Made by a program: the position numbers and the translations under genes
Shown: piece after piece, positions 28,250 through 40,906 of the stretch
Layout of the letters: each line of letters begins with the position of its first letter
How positions within the stretch are numbered: position 1 is the stretch's first letter
The notes under the pieces: generated by a model
What the model was told of the DNA's origin: nothing
Database searches by the model: none
What the model saw: the letters and a program-made list of their open reading frames with translations, nothing else
From: Octopus bimaculoides
Taxonomy: Eukaryota
Direction: 5' to 3'
Length of the DNA: 64,000 nucleotides
NCBI RefSeq assembly: GCF_001194135.2
Contig: NC_068982.1
Span: 174,754,231 to 174,818,230, forward strand

Positions 28250-28845
28250 GGGAGAGAAATAGAGGATATATATATCCATGTCAACATGGAAGGCATACAT
28301 TAAGAGATGATTATATATATAGCTTCCTTTATCTTGGTGACCAAGTCAGCAGTAGAGGTAGATGCTAGAATAAGAATAGGCTGGGAAAAGTTCAGAGAGC
28401 TTCTCCCTTTGTTGGTTACAAAAGGCCTCTCTCTGAAAGTGAAAGACAGATTGTATTATGCTTGTGTGCATGTACAGCAGTGTGTAAGTGTCTTGAAAGA
28501 AAAGTTGAGCATGAGACATCAGATGTGGTATGCAAGAGAGATGACTGCTCTGAATGGTTATGATGCATATGGACGAGGACAGCTGTGTGAAGAAGTGCTG
28601 ATCTCTAACTGGAAGAGGTAGACCCAGAAGACCTGGGGCAGGGTGGTGAAGCATGATCTTTGAATGTTGGGCCTCACAGACGTGATGACGAGTGATCAAG
28701 AACTTTGGCATTAGGAAGGGCATCTAGCCATAGTAACCATGCCAAATGAGACTGGAACCTGGTGCAGCTCTCTGGCTCACCAGTTCCAGTCAAACCATCT
28801 AACCCATTCCAGCATGGAAAGTGGACGTTAAATGGTGATGGTGAT
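28250..28845 (+). mobile_element. 5-prime-truncated RTE LINE: ORF end running into the shared 3-prime tail
   Basis: ORF VDARIRIGWEKFRELLPLLVTKGLSLKVKDRLYYACV, followed by aggaagggcatc...catggaaagtggacgttaaatg. Another RT remnant lies at about 29590-29870. Confidence 0.8.
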
Positions 28846-30675
28846 ATATATATATATAATTTTCAGCATTTAGGGTCAAGGCCTAAAATTACAGGTAGCA
28901 TAAGGAGATAATCAATTTTCTGGTAAGAAAAGACATTAGCATTTCCAATAAATAGGGCGATGTGCAATATTCATAAACCACTAAATTTGATTATGATGTA
29001 CCTCCATCTAAATTTTCTCTGAGGAAGCTATTATGAGTAAAAGAAAAGAAAATGAGAGCTTATCTATACAATTTAACACATTTAATGATGAAGGTTTAAC
29101 CTTGAAAATAATGGTAACATAAAGAGATCATAAGTAATCACTCAGCTGATACAGGCACACCTGGATATCTCCAAGAAATGAGAAGATACACAACATTTGT
29201 GTGCTGTGAAATTGGAATATGGCATACCTCCATTGTAAAACATTCACAGAGGAAGCCACTTAGAGGGAGAGAGCAAAATACACAATAATATAAGGGGAGA
29301 GAGAGAGAGACTTGGCACACCTCTGTAGTAAAATTAATAAATTTTCATAGAACAAGCCTCCAAGAGAAAAAAAAAAGCATACATAGATTGGTATAAAGAG
29401 AAAGAGAGAGAGAATGACATTTCTCAAAAGAAATTACTACTGAGGAAATAACAGATATGCATAATGGGACATTGTCAAGGAAATGGCCTAGCTTAATGTG
29501 CAGAAAATAAGTAGGGACTCCAATTACATCGACTACATCTCTCATGTGTCCATAATGTTAGTATAGGTAGGATTATAGAGAGGGCAAATACACTGAGAGT
29601 TCATTTGAAATAGACTCTCTTCAATGCTCATTTGACTCACTGAAAGTAGTCAATAGCTTCCATGTCATCAGTGACCAAATTAGCAAGGAAGGTAAGTGTT
29701 CAGGATTCATAGTAAGGGTAAGAAGAGTTTGTAAATGTTCAGGAAGCTATTACTTTGCTGGTAACAAAGGTCTTCTAGTATGATGCATGTGTTAGAACTG
29801 TAATGCTGCATGGTATTGAGACATAGCCCTTCAATGCAGAAGACTCAAAGACAAGAAAGAAACAAAGCAAGAAAGCTCTGATGTAAACTTGATGTAAAAG
29901 AAAAATTCGGCAGCCATACTGCAAAAACATTAAAATTTGCAATGTCTACAAGAGGAAACAATATGTGACAACAAAGACAAAATAAGATCGAGAAGAGAAG
30001 CAGTTACTTCATTAAATCCCTAGAAATTTTGTAGATCTGATGGCCAAAGGGAAATGGCTCTTAAGTAGGTGGATCAACAGTCAGACAGGAAGTAATGAGC
30101 TGATGAATGTTAATGCTCAAGGGAAAGCTAAAAGTTTGTATGATGATAGTGCCACTTCTAACAATTTCTAATGCAAAACTTATAATACTTCCAAAAATTG
30201 TCTGATGTTTCTTGCAGGAGAAAATGCTACTGATGATATGAAATTAAAGTCCTTCCTTGTATATCACTTCCAAAACCTGATGTCTTTCAAGGATTATTCC
30301 TAGTTTAATATAATTGTGATCTTGTTGGTTGGAGAACTTAGAGCACTTTTCAAGACTTTTTTTTTTGCCTTGCTGTTGAAAGGTACTGTACCATCCAGCT
30401 TACTTAAATGGTCTTTCTGATAAACTAAGGAGGATAAACTTTTAGTTAGAGATTTATAGAGAAGGTTCAATATTTTGGTTGCAGTGAATAACATTACTGA
30501 GTCATGAGATGAAGTGAAATCCTCAGCTACGAATGGTGTTTGGCAAAACATATGGTCACATTGTATCTGTGATGTCATGGGTTTTTCAACAACAGAAAGT
30601 TCATATCAATTTCAGCAGGATATTGTGATACTGGTAAATGCTGTTGGATTTGAGGAATTCGAGAGATTTGTCTAT

Positions 30676-30841
30676 AGGGCCATCTTTCCTTTAGACAATC
30701 TTACCATTAGGGCTATCTTTCCTTTAGACAATCTTACCATTAGGGCTATCTTTCCTTTAGACAATCTTGCCATTAGGGCTATCTTTCCTTTAGCCAATCT
30801 TACCAGTAGGGCTATCTTTTCCTTTAGACAATCTTACCAAG
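30676..30841. repeat. Minisatellite, 5 x 33 bp (AGGGCTATCTTTCCTTTAGACAATCTTACCATT)
   Basis: Five near-identical units are visible. Confidence 0.92.
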
Positions 30842-31948
30842 CAATTGAACTAAATGTCTCAGCATTTCCATTTGCTTCAATCATCTAGATTGTCCTTGGA
30901 GAATAATAATTGATCATGACAGTGTGCATAATAATTGCTATAATCTTAATAATAAAATAATAATAATCATTATTGGTGAGCTGGAAGACAAAATTTTTTG
31001 TGGCATTTCATCCATTTTTATGTCCTAAGCTGAAATTCTGTCAAGGTCAAGTTTGTCTTTCATTCCCAAGAGGGTTGATAAAATAAGTACCCACATGAGC
31101 TCTGAGGTTCTTGTAATTGACTAGCCCCCTCTCCACACAATTTCAGGCTTGTGCTTATAGTAGAAAGGATTATTACTGTTGTTATAATGTTTTACTGTGG
31201 TAATTGTTCTTTTTTGATTGTGTGTATATCAGTGAGTAAATATATGCACACACACACACCTATGCAATACAATCCTCCAAAAGAAATGTAAAATAACACA
31301 AAATATGACACCTGCTTTAAACAAACAAATATATAGTATAGATTCTGCAAGTTGAGTAATGTATAGACACTCTAGACTGTAATAGAATTAATGCTGACCT
31401 ACTTGCATTCAATTATTACTTGAAAATTAGTTAGCCATGGTGCATGTATGGTTTTGTGGTTAAGAAGGTCACTTCACAACTTAGTAGTTTCAGGTTCAAT
31501 GCCACAGCACAGCATCTTGAGTCAATGGATAGCTTATGAGTAAAATTTGATAGAAAGAAACAGACTGGATGCCAATCTGAGGGACTCCTCCTGTCTTTGA
31601 GGAGTCCAGTTTAGCATCATCATTTGGTCCTTGGATGCTTTTATAAGAGTGCACTCTGTTATAAGCATTTGGCCCAGGTCTCCAGTCTGAGAATAACATC
31701 ATTCCTTGCTTTAGAGATGATTCAGAAGGAGTAATGGATACTGCCTTTCCACCTTGATTAAACCTTTAAAAATATATAAGAAAATTAGAGGTCAAATTCC
31801 AGTGCAGGTCACAGAATGAACTGTAGACTTTATGAGAATCAAATCAGTTCAATATATTTCTCTTGTCTACAAAGTATATTGAAAAGGGAACTATTTAAAA
31901 AATAGATTTTTCTAAGTATTATTTTTGTTCAAATAAGTATGTTTAGAC

Positions 31949-32158
31949 TCAGTAATTGTGATACGGTTTATTGTGAGCCTTTGTTTTAATTGCGTGTAAA
32001 GTTGCAAAAGTCATTTCACATTCATACATTGTTGTGAATGGAACGATGAATTTGAGGGCCAATTTGGTGACATCCGGATAGGATTGCATCATTTCAATAC
32101 AGAATTCACTGCAACACATGTTACAGAAGGTGTTTTTTGCACCTCCATCATTCAACAA
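31949..32158 (-). mobile_element. hAT/Charlie (ZBED5/SCAND3-like) transposase dimerisation-domain relic
   Basis: EFCIEMMQSYPDVTKLALKFIVPFTTMYECEMTFATLHAIKTK matches FW....YP.L...A...L.PF.TTY.CE..FS.L..IKTK. Confidence 0.7.
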
Positions 32159-34082
32159 GTCGAACTGTTCTTGTGACAGTACTTACTTACTGCCTTCTTG
32201 GCTCTAATAATGAGTTTAACATTACCACAAAGTCAAACAGTTTGGGGGAAGTGTATAATCAATTGTATTGACTGGTAAATATTGGTATATTGTCTAACAC
32301 TCTATTGATTATGTGTATTCACTGCCCTTTCAGATCATTGCAATAAATAATCTCTTACATGGGCACAAGACTTGAAATTTTAGGGAAGAAATTATCAGTT
32401 ATATCAACACTAGTACTTGACAGTTACTTTATTTTATCAACCCCAGAAGGCTGAAAAGCAAAGTCGTTTTCAATGCAATTTAAATTTGAAGCATAAAGTG
32501 ATGTAATTAAATATCATGAGGTATTTTATCCAATGCTCCACCAAATCTGAGAATCCACCCACCTCCCTTCTCAGCTCATTATAATAATAATGTCAGACAC
32601 AAAGATAAACCACTTCTCAACAAAGAACAGATTCGCTTGATCAAAGTTGAAGGTGTGGTTGTTGATTTTATATGGTTTCCAAGCATTTATATAAACAGTA
32701 TTTATATAAACACTACTACATTCACCACACAAGCAGTCATCAAACTGTTTTCTGTATTTCTCCTTCTTTTTACTACTGGGTAAGTAAAAAAATTCTGAAG
32801 TTTAATCTATCGTTGTTATTACTGTTGGTGTTTTAATAATCTAATTGCTATTGTAGTTGCTTTTTAAAAAGTTTAATTGCAAAGTTGATTATTTTTACTA
32901 TTTCTTAGAATTGTTATTTTTCCTTTGTGCATGAAGAAAATGGGATGAATATCATGCCACTGACCATGGGACACACTTGGCACTAATGTGATAGTTAAGG
33001 GTGTATCAGTTAAAGTATGGATTGGAAAATTAGAAACTGGGTGTGATGGGGAAAAGGCAGTCTTTGTTTTGTCATTGTTGTTGCTATTGTTATCGTTGAT
33101 GTAGTTTGGACGATAGAGTAACAGAATCAGTTGAACTACATGAACAAAAATACCTTGAGGTATGTTCAGAGTTCAAATCCTGTCAAGGCTGATTTTACTT
33201 TTTATCCTTCTGGAGTTGATGAGAGTGGCTTTTATACCTAAATAAGAATTCATTATTATCAGTAGAGGTAAGGTAGTGAGTTGGCAGAATCATTAACGTG
33301 CTGGACGAAATGCTTAGCAGTATTTCGACCATTGGTAAGTTCTGAGTTCAAATTCTGCCGAGGTCGACTTTACCATTTATCCTTTTGGGATCAATAAAAT
33401 AAGTACCAGTTAAATACTAGGGTCAATGTAATCAACTCATCCCCTCACCCAAAATTGCTGCCCTTGTGGCAAAATCTGAAACTGTTATTATTGGTAGTGG
33501 TGATGATGACTTATTAGATGAGTGAAAAAGCCGCACACATTTTGAGAGAAAATAAAATCAGTTTTATTGACTCCTGAGATGATGAAAATGTTAGTAGGCT
33601 GTGGTGGCACTTGAACTCAGAACATAATGATGATGTTGTTGTTTTTAAATTATTCCAATCATTTCAACTCTGCCACGCTAGACCCCCCATTTAACTTTTG
33701 TTGTCTAGGCCTCAGGTTTTTGAACAAAAGCATTCCATCTTATATTCAGACAGTATATTTGGGACTGTATTTTGTAATATGCTCTACTCTTCTAAAGATG
33801 TTTAGGGTGTGAATTGAGGGATATTTGGCAGGCATTTTTAGCAGGACATGCAACTACAGTGAATCCTAAAAAAAATTTCAGTTCAGTTTGTGTTCGAATG
33901 ATGCTTATTTTGTTTACATTTAAAAGACATGCATTCTCCACATGGAGTGATTTTTCTTTTAATTGGATGGCCTCTTTCCATAGCTATTTAGATCCTTTAA
34001 AAGTAAAGAATGGTAAAGAATGGCAAGTGAGTTTAGTCCACTTGACATGTCTTTTGAATTGTCATATGTTTTATTATTATCC

Positions 34083-34114
<32 letters not shown>

Positions 34115-34419
34115 GTGAATTAGTAGGATCCTTATATCATCAGTTCAAATAGTGTCACGGTCAACTTTGACTTTCTTCCCTTCAGGGTTAGTAAAATTAA
34201 GTACCAGTCAAGTACTGGAGATTGATAGTATCAACTAAGCCCTCCTTCAACTTTCAGGTTTTGAGCCTGTCATAAAAGCAATTATTGTTATTATTGTTGT
34301 GGAGTGGCAGAATCATCAGAGTCTCACACAAAGTTCCTTGTGACATTTGTTCTGGCATTTTACATTCTGATTTCAAATCTTACCAAGTTTAACTTTGTCT
34401 TTCATATTTTTGTGACCAA

Positions 34420-34826
34420 TGGCGTAGGAGTGGCTGTGTGGTAAGTAGCTTGCTTACCAACCACATGGTCCCGGGTTCAGTCCCACTGCGTGGCATCTTG
34501 GGCAAGTGTCTTCTACTATAGCCTCGGGCTGACGAAAGCCTTGTGAGTGGATTTGGTAGACGGAAACTGAAAGAAGCTCGTCGTATAAATGTATATATAT
34601 ATATGTATGTGTGTGTGTTTGTGTGTCTGTGTTTGTCCCCCCTAGCATTGCTTGACAACCGATGCTGGTGTGTTTATGTCCCCGTCACTTAGCGGTTCGG
34701 CAAATGAGACCAATAGAATAAGTACTAGGCTTCCAAAGAATAAGTCCTGGGGTTGATTTGCTCGACTAAAGGTGGTGCTCCAGCATGGCCACAGTCAAAA
34801 GACTGAAACAAGTAAAAGAATAAAAG
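34420..34826 (+). mobile_element. Full-length tRNA-derived SINE family B with central (TA)n(TG)n, nested in a family A copy
   Basis: tRNA-like head ggcgtaggagtggctgtgtggtaag...gggttcagtccc and tail ...gactgaaacaagtaaaagaataaaag. A reverse copy lies at about 55940-56235. Confidence 0.85.
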
Positions 34827-35339
34827 CGAGTAATGAAATAAAGTACCTGTCAAGTATTGTGACTGATATCATGTTATAATGTCCTTATCCTCCTTGTCCT
34901 CCTCCACCTAGTAATCCATTCTAACATCTTACCTCCAATTTAGCATAATTCATTTTTTTTTTTCTCTTGTTCACCCACTCGAATAATCTATTGAGAGGTT
35001 ATTTTTTACTTTTCAATCCAATCTTTCTTTAGTTCAAAAGTTATTATTTTATAATCTCCAACTACACCATACATGCCATTCTCCACCCACAACTTGAACC
35101 CAAGCATCTAAGACAAATCATCCAAGACAAGCATCTAAGACAAATCAATTTTACAGTCTGATGAAGTCAGCTCACAAAGAAAACTTTTAATTGACTGTCA
35201 ACCTTTTGCTTGCACAAATATAATTGTGTGTGTGTACTACATTTACATGCCTATGTATGTATATGTGAGTGTGTGTATGTGTGTGAATTTATGTACAGAT
35301 GTATATACATACATACATACACATATATATATATATGCA

Positions 35340-35818
35340 ACATCATCATCATTTAACGTCCACTTTCCAATCAAGCAGCACTTGCATCAACCATGCTCAA
35401 ATGGTGCTTTTTATGTGCCACTGGTACTAGCATCGGCCATGCTCGAATGGTGCTTTTTACATGCCACTGGCATTGGTGCCAGTCAAGTGGACCTGCATCA
35501 GCCATGACAACAATTTCACTTGACTCAACAGGTCTTCTCAAGCACAGCATATTGCTCTACGATTGAAGGGTACTTTTACACGGGCCGGTTATGCGATACT
35601 GGTATCGGCCATGGCTACAATCTCACTTGGATTGCTGGATCTTCTTAAGTACAGCATATCTCCAAAGGTCTCAGTCACTTGTCATTGCCTCTGTGAGGCC
35701 CAACATTCGAAGGTTGTGTTTACCACCTCCTCCTTGATCTTCCTGGGTCTACCTCTTCTAGAAGTTCCCTCCACTGTTAGGATGTGAAACTTCACACAGC
35801 TGTCCTCATCCATACGCA
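35340..35818 (-). mobile_element. RTE LINE 3-prime end (ORF end plus 3-prime UTR with gtaaaaagcac modules and (GAT)n tail)
   Basis: Reverse complement shows the RTE terminal ORF motif (GRPRKI..EVVN..FRMLGLTEAM..D.DLWR.AV) then the shared tail. Confidence 0.75.
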
Positions 35819-36149
35819 AATGTGTGTGTGTGTGTGTGAAGGCTTACTGGTCAGGGTGTTGCATTGACAATCGCAAGATTGTAGGTTTGATACTTCCTGG
35901 ACCGAGTGGCTCATTGTATTCTTGAGCAAAAGACTTCATTTCATGTTGCTCCAGTCCAATCAGCTGTAAATAGGTGACCATGTGATGGACTAGCCTTCTG
36001 ATCAGGATGAATATTGTCCAGCCCAGCTAGCCAGCAAGGTGGCATCATTCGAAAGTTAAAACAATGTGAAGCGCATTGCAACCAGGTATGTTTAACAACA
36101 TCCAATAGTTTGATGTCACAAATAAGCAGCAGCCTTATTAAAAATTAAT

Positions 36150-36470
36150 TGTCAGTGACAGAAGCTGTATTAGTACCAAAAGATAATCTTTATATCCAAC
36201 TAAACATTGTCATGGAGCAGAATTGGGCCGCATCGATTCACCAATGCAGGTCTCATTTTTTGCAAGTGAGCATGCATTTCAGCAAGTTGATTGCAGTAAA
36301 CCTCTGCTGTAATGCTCTGATTGGCTTCCAGAAAGCTGTAATGGACAACACCAGACAGTCACTATAATCTTTTGCTGATGCAACTTTGCTTTGGGAAATG
36401 TTTGGGGGACTCATCACAATCAAGCCATTGACCTGATCATAAAGGATCCACTTTATGAGATTGGACCACC
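36150..36470 (-). mobile_element. mariner (Hsmar1/cecropia-like) transposase relic
   Basis: Remnants KWILYD, QWLDCDESPKHFPK and YSFLEANQSITAEVYCNQLAEMHAHLQKMRPALVNRCGPILLHDN. Confidence 0.8.
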
Positions 36471-36531
36471 AAAATCAACCTTCTACATCTCAAATATGGA
36501 ATGCAGGGTAAGGTACTGTTTACACAAAATG

Positions 36532-36709
36532 GTCATGGATTACCAAGATGAATTTAACAAGGATATATACATACAAACTCGAAAGTTTGTTACCAAAGTG
36601 TATCTGCATAAATCAAAACCAGTCATGGATTACTGAGATGAACTTACCAAGGATATATACACAAACTTTAACTTTTATTACCAAAGTCAGCCTGCATAAA
36701 TCAAAACCA
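36532..36709. repeat. Imperfect tandem duplication, 2 x about 89 bp
   Basis: Both units run gtcatggattac...aaggatatatac...ttaccaaagt...ctgcataaatcaaaacca. Confidence 0.8.
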
Positions 36710-36788
36710 GTTAATTTTAATCTATTTTCAAAAATACTTTCTCATATATAAAACAACATTCGATACATTATAAAAACCTTATCTTCTC

Positions 36789-36880
36789 CATCTCTGACGA
36801 GCGGAAGTATTGTCTATCAATGTGTATCAACAATGGATTCCATTATAATGACAATACTTTCGTGAAACGATCGTAAGATG
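36789..36880 (+). ncRNA. Type I hammerhead ribozyme (Penelope-like element type)
   Basis: Stem I CATCT/AGATG; core CTGACGA (36794-36800); stem II GCGGAAGTATTGTC/GACAATACTTTCGT; GAAA (36864-36867); palindromic stem III ACGATCGT; predicted cleavage after GUA at 36875. Confidence 0.82.
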
Positions 36881-37084
36881 CATTAATTTACAAATTTTTA
36901 AACTGTCATGTTTCATATATTTACATATATTTTTAATACAATACTATTTTAGACATATATATCTTCGTGAGGAATTTTTTTGATATTGAATTTCATGCTA
37001 TTATTTCAAAATACAGTATATATAATCGCTCATATTAATGTCTAAATACTTTATAGTATTAATATTTTTGACATTTTATACAAA

Positions 37085-37615
37085 GAGCACACATTATAAA
37101 GTCAGTGTATAATATTCTAACGGAATATATTTAATTAATGATATAATTGAAAAAATAACTGCAAAAATGATAACAGTGCAAATCATTGCAGCTGTCATAA
37201 GAAATCTGCATGTCCACTCAGGAACCAATGCATGCAAAAAAACATCATATACAAATGCACAATCACCACACCACAACATAGATACACATACATAGGAGCC
37301 TACAAAGACCATTTTAAAGTTCGTTATCGCAACCATATCTCCTCATTTCGAAAAATAAGCAAGTGACATGCAACATCACTAGTGGACCTTAAATGGAGAG
37401 TAAAAGAAGGAAAAATAAAATATGGAATAGAATGGTCAATAATAAAAAATGCACACCAATATAATACACTATCCGGCGTATGTGACTTGTGCCTTGATGA
37501 AGCCTCGTGCATTCTGTTAAGTAACGAAAACTTGGTTAACAAGCATGCCGAGAAAATACCAAGATATTGCCACTGCACCAAATATGCATTTTCAAGATTC
37601 AACACAATTAAGTAA
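37085..37615 (+). mobile_element. Penelope-like element, GIY-YIG endonuclease end (disrupted)
   Basis: CSCHKKSACPLRNQCMQKNIIYKCTI, FKVRYRNHISSF and IEWSIIKNAHQY...CDLCLDEASCILL...VNK are the PLE C-terminal motifs. Confidence 0.85.
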
Positions 37616-37783
37616 CAATAATAATTCAGCGAACTCTCTCCCACGCTCCTTCCCCCTATCCATGTGTGTGTGTGTGAGGGAGAGACAGAGAGAGATTGCA
37701 TATCTATATATACATATGCATGCCTGTCCGCATGTTTAGTATGCATGAATGTATGTATCTACACACACACACACACAGGTATA

Positions 37784-38206
37784 TAGTTATGGTATATTCT
37801 GTTAAGAACACAGTAGAGTACAGTATAAAGGTCGTTCACCTTCAGATTTCACCCTGTGCTATCCAGTAATAGTATTATATGTACTTCTGGGTTTGCGTTT
37901 GGGCTTCTGTCGTGTGTGAATAGATAATTGAAAAATTTTGGAGTCAACAATAGGGAGTACGGTTGGACATTATTTTTTAATCCCAACAATTGTTTTCACG
38001 CAATGTAGTTCTTCAGGCGTGCAGTTACTTGATTATGCAACTGTTCCCTGCATTATGAGATCTAGTGTATCCTCAGGCGACATGATTCTCTGCTTCAAGA
38101 TCAACCTCTCTGCCTGTCGTGGCCAGAATTAAGTTGCCTGAAATCTGAAGGTGGACGAGCTTTGTACTGTACTCTACTACGTTCTTAACAGAATATACCA
38201 TAACTA
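37784..38206. mobile_element. MITE-like element, 423 bp, with 68-bp TIRs
   Basis: 37784-37851 is the reverse complement of 38139-38206 with 5 mismatches; the outermost dinucleotides are TA. Confidence 0.85.
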
Positions 38207-39407
38207 CACACACACACATACATACATGTGGTTCAAATGTGCAGAAAACAAAAAGACAGACAGGTGGGGGAAAAACAAACAGGTGTATTTGTTTGACTCT
38301 CTGGAAGAAAAGGACGAGAGAGTAAAATGGGGCGGGGAGAGAAAACAATGTGTTGAGATAACGGTTTAATATGATAACATGTAGCCGAAAGGTACACACA
38401 TGTTTTAAACAGGTTTAGTTTCTCTTCTTGCTTATTTCCTTCTTAGTCTACTTTGTTTAAGGTTTTCACCCGAAACGTTACTTTACTTCTTCCTTTTCTG
38501 TGCTTTCGGCANNNNNNNNNNNNNNNNNNNNNNNNNNNNNNNNNNNNNNNNNNNNNNNNNNNNNNNNNNNNNNNNNNNNNNNNNNNNNNNNNNNNNNNNN
38601 NNNNNNNNNNNNNNNNNNNNNNNNNNNNNNNNNNNNNNNNNNNNNNNNNNNNNNNNNNNNNNNNNNNNNNNNNNNNNNNNNNNNNNNNNNNNNNNNNNNN
38701 NNNNNNNNNNNNNNNNNNNNNNNNNNNNNNNNNNNNATAATTTATTGTGCAGAAGTTTTTATGCTTTTTGTTTTTTCGTGCTTACAGTTTATCCACCACT
38801 TTTTAAATTTTTGTCTACCTGTTGTAACCTCACACCTTGTCGTCTCTGACTCACCTCATTCCATTTGTGTTATTTTGATATTTGCAATATATTAGAAATG
38901 AATTGACACTGTCACCCCAACCACTACATTCTCAACGCTTCATCTCTTTCACTTCTCCCATATTTTTTCCTGCTTTTCCTTTTGACTCATGGCAAAAGCC
39001 TTGTATAAACAGTATTGCATGTAAATGGCCAGCTAATCATAAACTTCCGTCGGCAGTCCAAGCAATCGTTAAGCCAAGCGTATGCTTCTGTCTATCTAAT
39101 GTTACGCGAAGTAATCTGCTCTCATCGAGTTTATTCTGTCCGATGAATCGTCTAAATGAAAGAATGCTCCAGATTAACTGAGAAACAGGCCAGTAGAAAT
39201 GGACTTTGTGTGTGTGCGCGCGCGCGCAAATAAATAATTCCTGTATAGGTAATACATTATCATTAAATAAATATGCCTTTTGTTTTTAGGTGCACATTGC
39301 AAACATAAAGTTGTATCTCCTATCTCTTGTTGAAAAAATGACAAGTAAGTCGAAATTTATTCCATTTCAAGCACTTGCACTTACATTCACACACAGATAG
39401 GTATGTA

Positions 39408-39784
39408 TATATGTAAGAACGACCGTGCGAACCCAAAAGGAGAAACGGTGACGAATGGAAAACAGGCTCCTTTCTTAACGCGTCACACGGTCGAACACAA
39501 AATATATCAAATGATAAATATGTTATACTTCGATAACATAAAGAACTAAGAAATGCCAGTAAGGAAGACGATAGGAACACAACCGTATGAAGATGAATAA
39601 CAGTAGTATTTATTGTAGCATTAAATCGTATGTCTGTGTGTGTGTGAATGCGACAAAATAAAACACAATAAAAGACAGGCCGTCATGTAAATAAAAGAGT
39701 GTGTGTAAGTAATACATGTATGTGGGTGCGAGAGATACACAGTATTGAATAGAGTCAGTAACACGTATAAGGATTTAAGATACC
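39408..39784 (-). mobile_element. LTR-related sequence homologous to 20685-20870, truncated by an N-gap
   Basis: Shared blocks gtgac.aatgga...ggctcc.tt.taacgcgtc.cacggtcga and gaaatgccag.aagga...acacaaccg. Confidence 0.65.
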
Positions 39785-40412
39785 NNNNNNNNNNNNNNNN
39801 NNNNNNNNNNNNNNNNNNNNNNNNNNNNNNNNNNNNNNNNNNNNNNNNNNNNNNNNNNNNNNNNNNNNNNNNNNNNNNNNNNNNNNNNNNNNNNNNNNNN
39901 NNNNNNNNNNNNNNNNNNNNNNNNNNNNNNNNNNNNNNNNNNNNNNNNNNNNNNNNNNNNNNNNNNNNNNNNNNNNNNNNNNNNNNNNNNNNNNNNNNNN
40001 NNNNNNNNNNNNNNNNNNNNNNNNNNNNNNNNNNNNNNNNNNNNNNNNNNNNNNNNNNNNNNNNNNNNNNNNNNNNNNNNNNNNNNNNNNNNNNNNNNNN
40101 NNNNNNNNNNNNNNNNNNNNNNNNNNNNNNNNNNNNNNNNNNNNNNNNNNNNNNNNNNNNNNNNNNNNNNNNNNNNNNNNNNNNNNNNNNNNNNNNNNNN
40201 NNNNNNNNNNNNNNNNNNNNNNNNNNNNNNNNNNNNNNNNNNNNNNNNNNNNNNNNNNNNNNNNNNNNNNNNNNNNNNNNNNNNNNNNNNNNNNNNNNNN
40301 NNNNNNNNNNNNNNNNNNNNNNNNNNNNNNNNNNNNNNNNNNNNNNNNNNNNNNNNNNNNNNNNNNNNNNNNNNNNNNNNNNNNNNNNNNNNNNNNNNNN
40401 NNNNNNNNNNNN

Positions 40413-40454
<42 letters not shown>

Positions 40455-40857
40455 TATATGGGTACAGGACGTCACCAACGGTGCAAATAGCATGAAATAC
40501 GTAAAGAACGAGAAAAAAAGGAAAACAGAAAAGTTAACACAGAGAAAGGACCCTTCATCAGTTGTCGTCCTCATTTCTAGCATTCAACAACAATATGAGT
40601 TGCTCTCATAAGTTCTAAACTAAAATTCATGATTTATGGAGGATCAAAGATGGGAACAACAAAAAATAACAAGTGGAGACATACAAGGAAACCGAACGAA
40701 ACAAACATGGAGAGTAGTTAGACCAGAACGAGAGGAAAATAGTGAACGCTGGGAGAAACATTCTTTTGAAAAGCGAAAAGATAGAAGACAGTGAAAAACG
40801 TATATACGTATTTATATCCAACATGGTCACAGGCTTAGGGTTGAAACAGGCAAAAGA

Positions 40858-40906
<49 letters not shown>

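Noticed and set aside
33927-34026. Possible + strand exon (HAFSTWSDFSFNWMASFHSYLDPLKVKNGKEWQ|gtgagt)
   Set aside because: No recognisable protein and no partner exons found.
34420-34500. tRNA gene-like sequences
   Set aside because: These are SINE heads continuous with SINE bodies; no complete cloverleaf was found.
35150-35200. acagt-CTGATGA...GAAA...actgt hammerhead-like pattern
   Set aside because: No stem II pairing and no convincing stem III or cleavage triplet.
38445-38482. ccGAAACGTTA motif resembling a PLE hammerhead 3-prime half
   Set aside because: The upstream core reads ttgttta (three changes from CTGATGA) and stem I is unconvincing; at best a dead relic.
40460-40580. On -, CTGATGAAGGG repeat head that may belong to a PLE terminal repeat
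   Set aside because: No GAAA/stem III partner found, and the adjacent gap prevents reconstruction.
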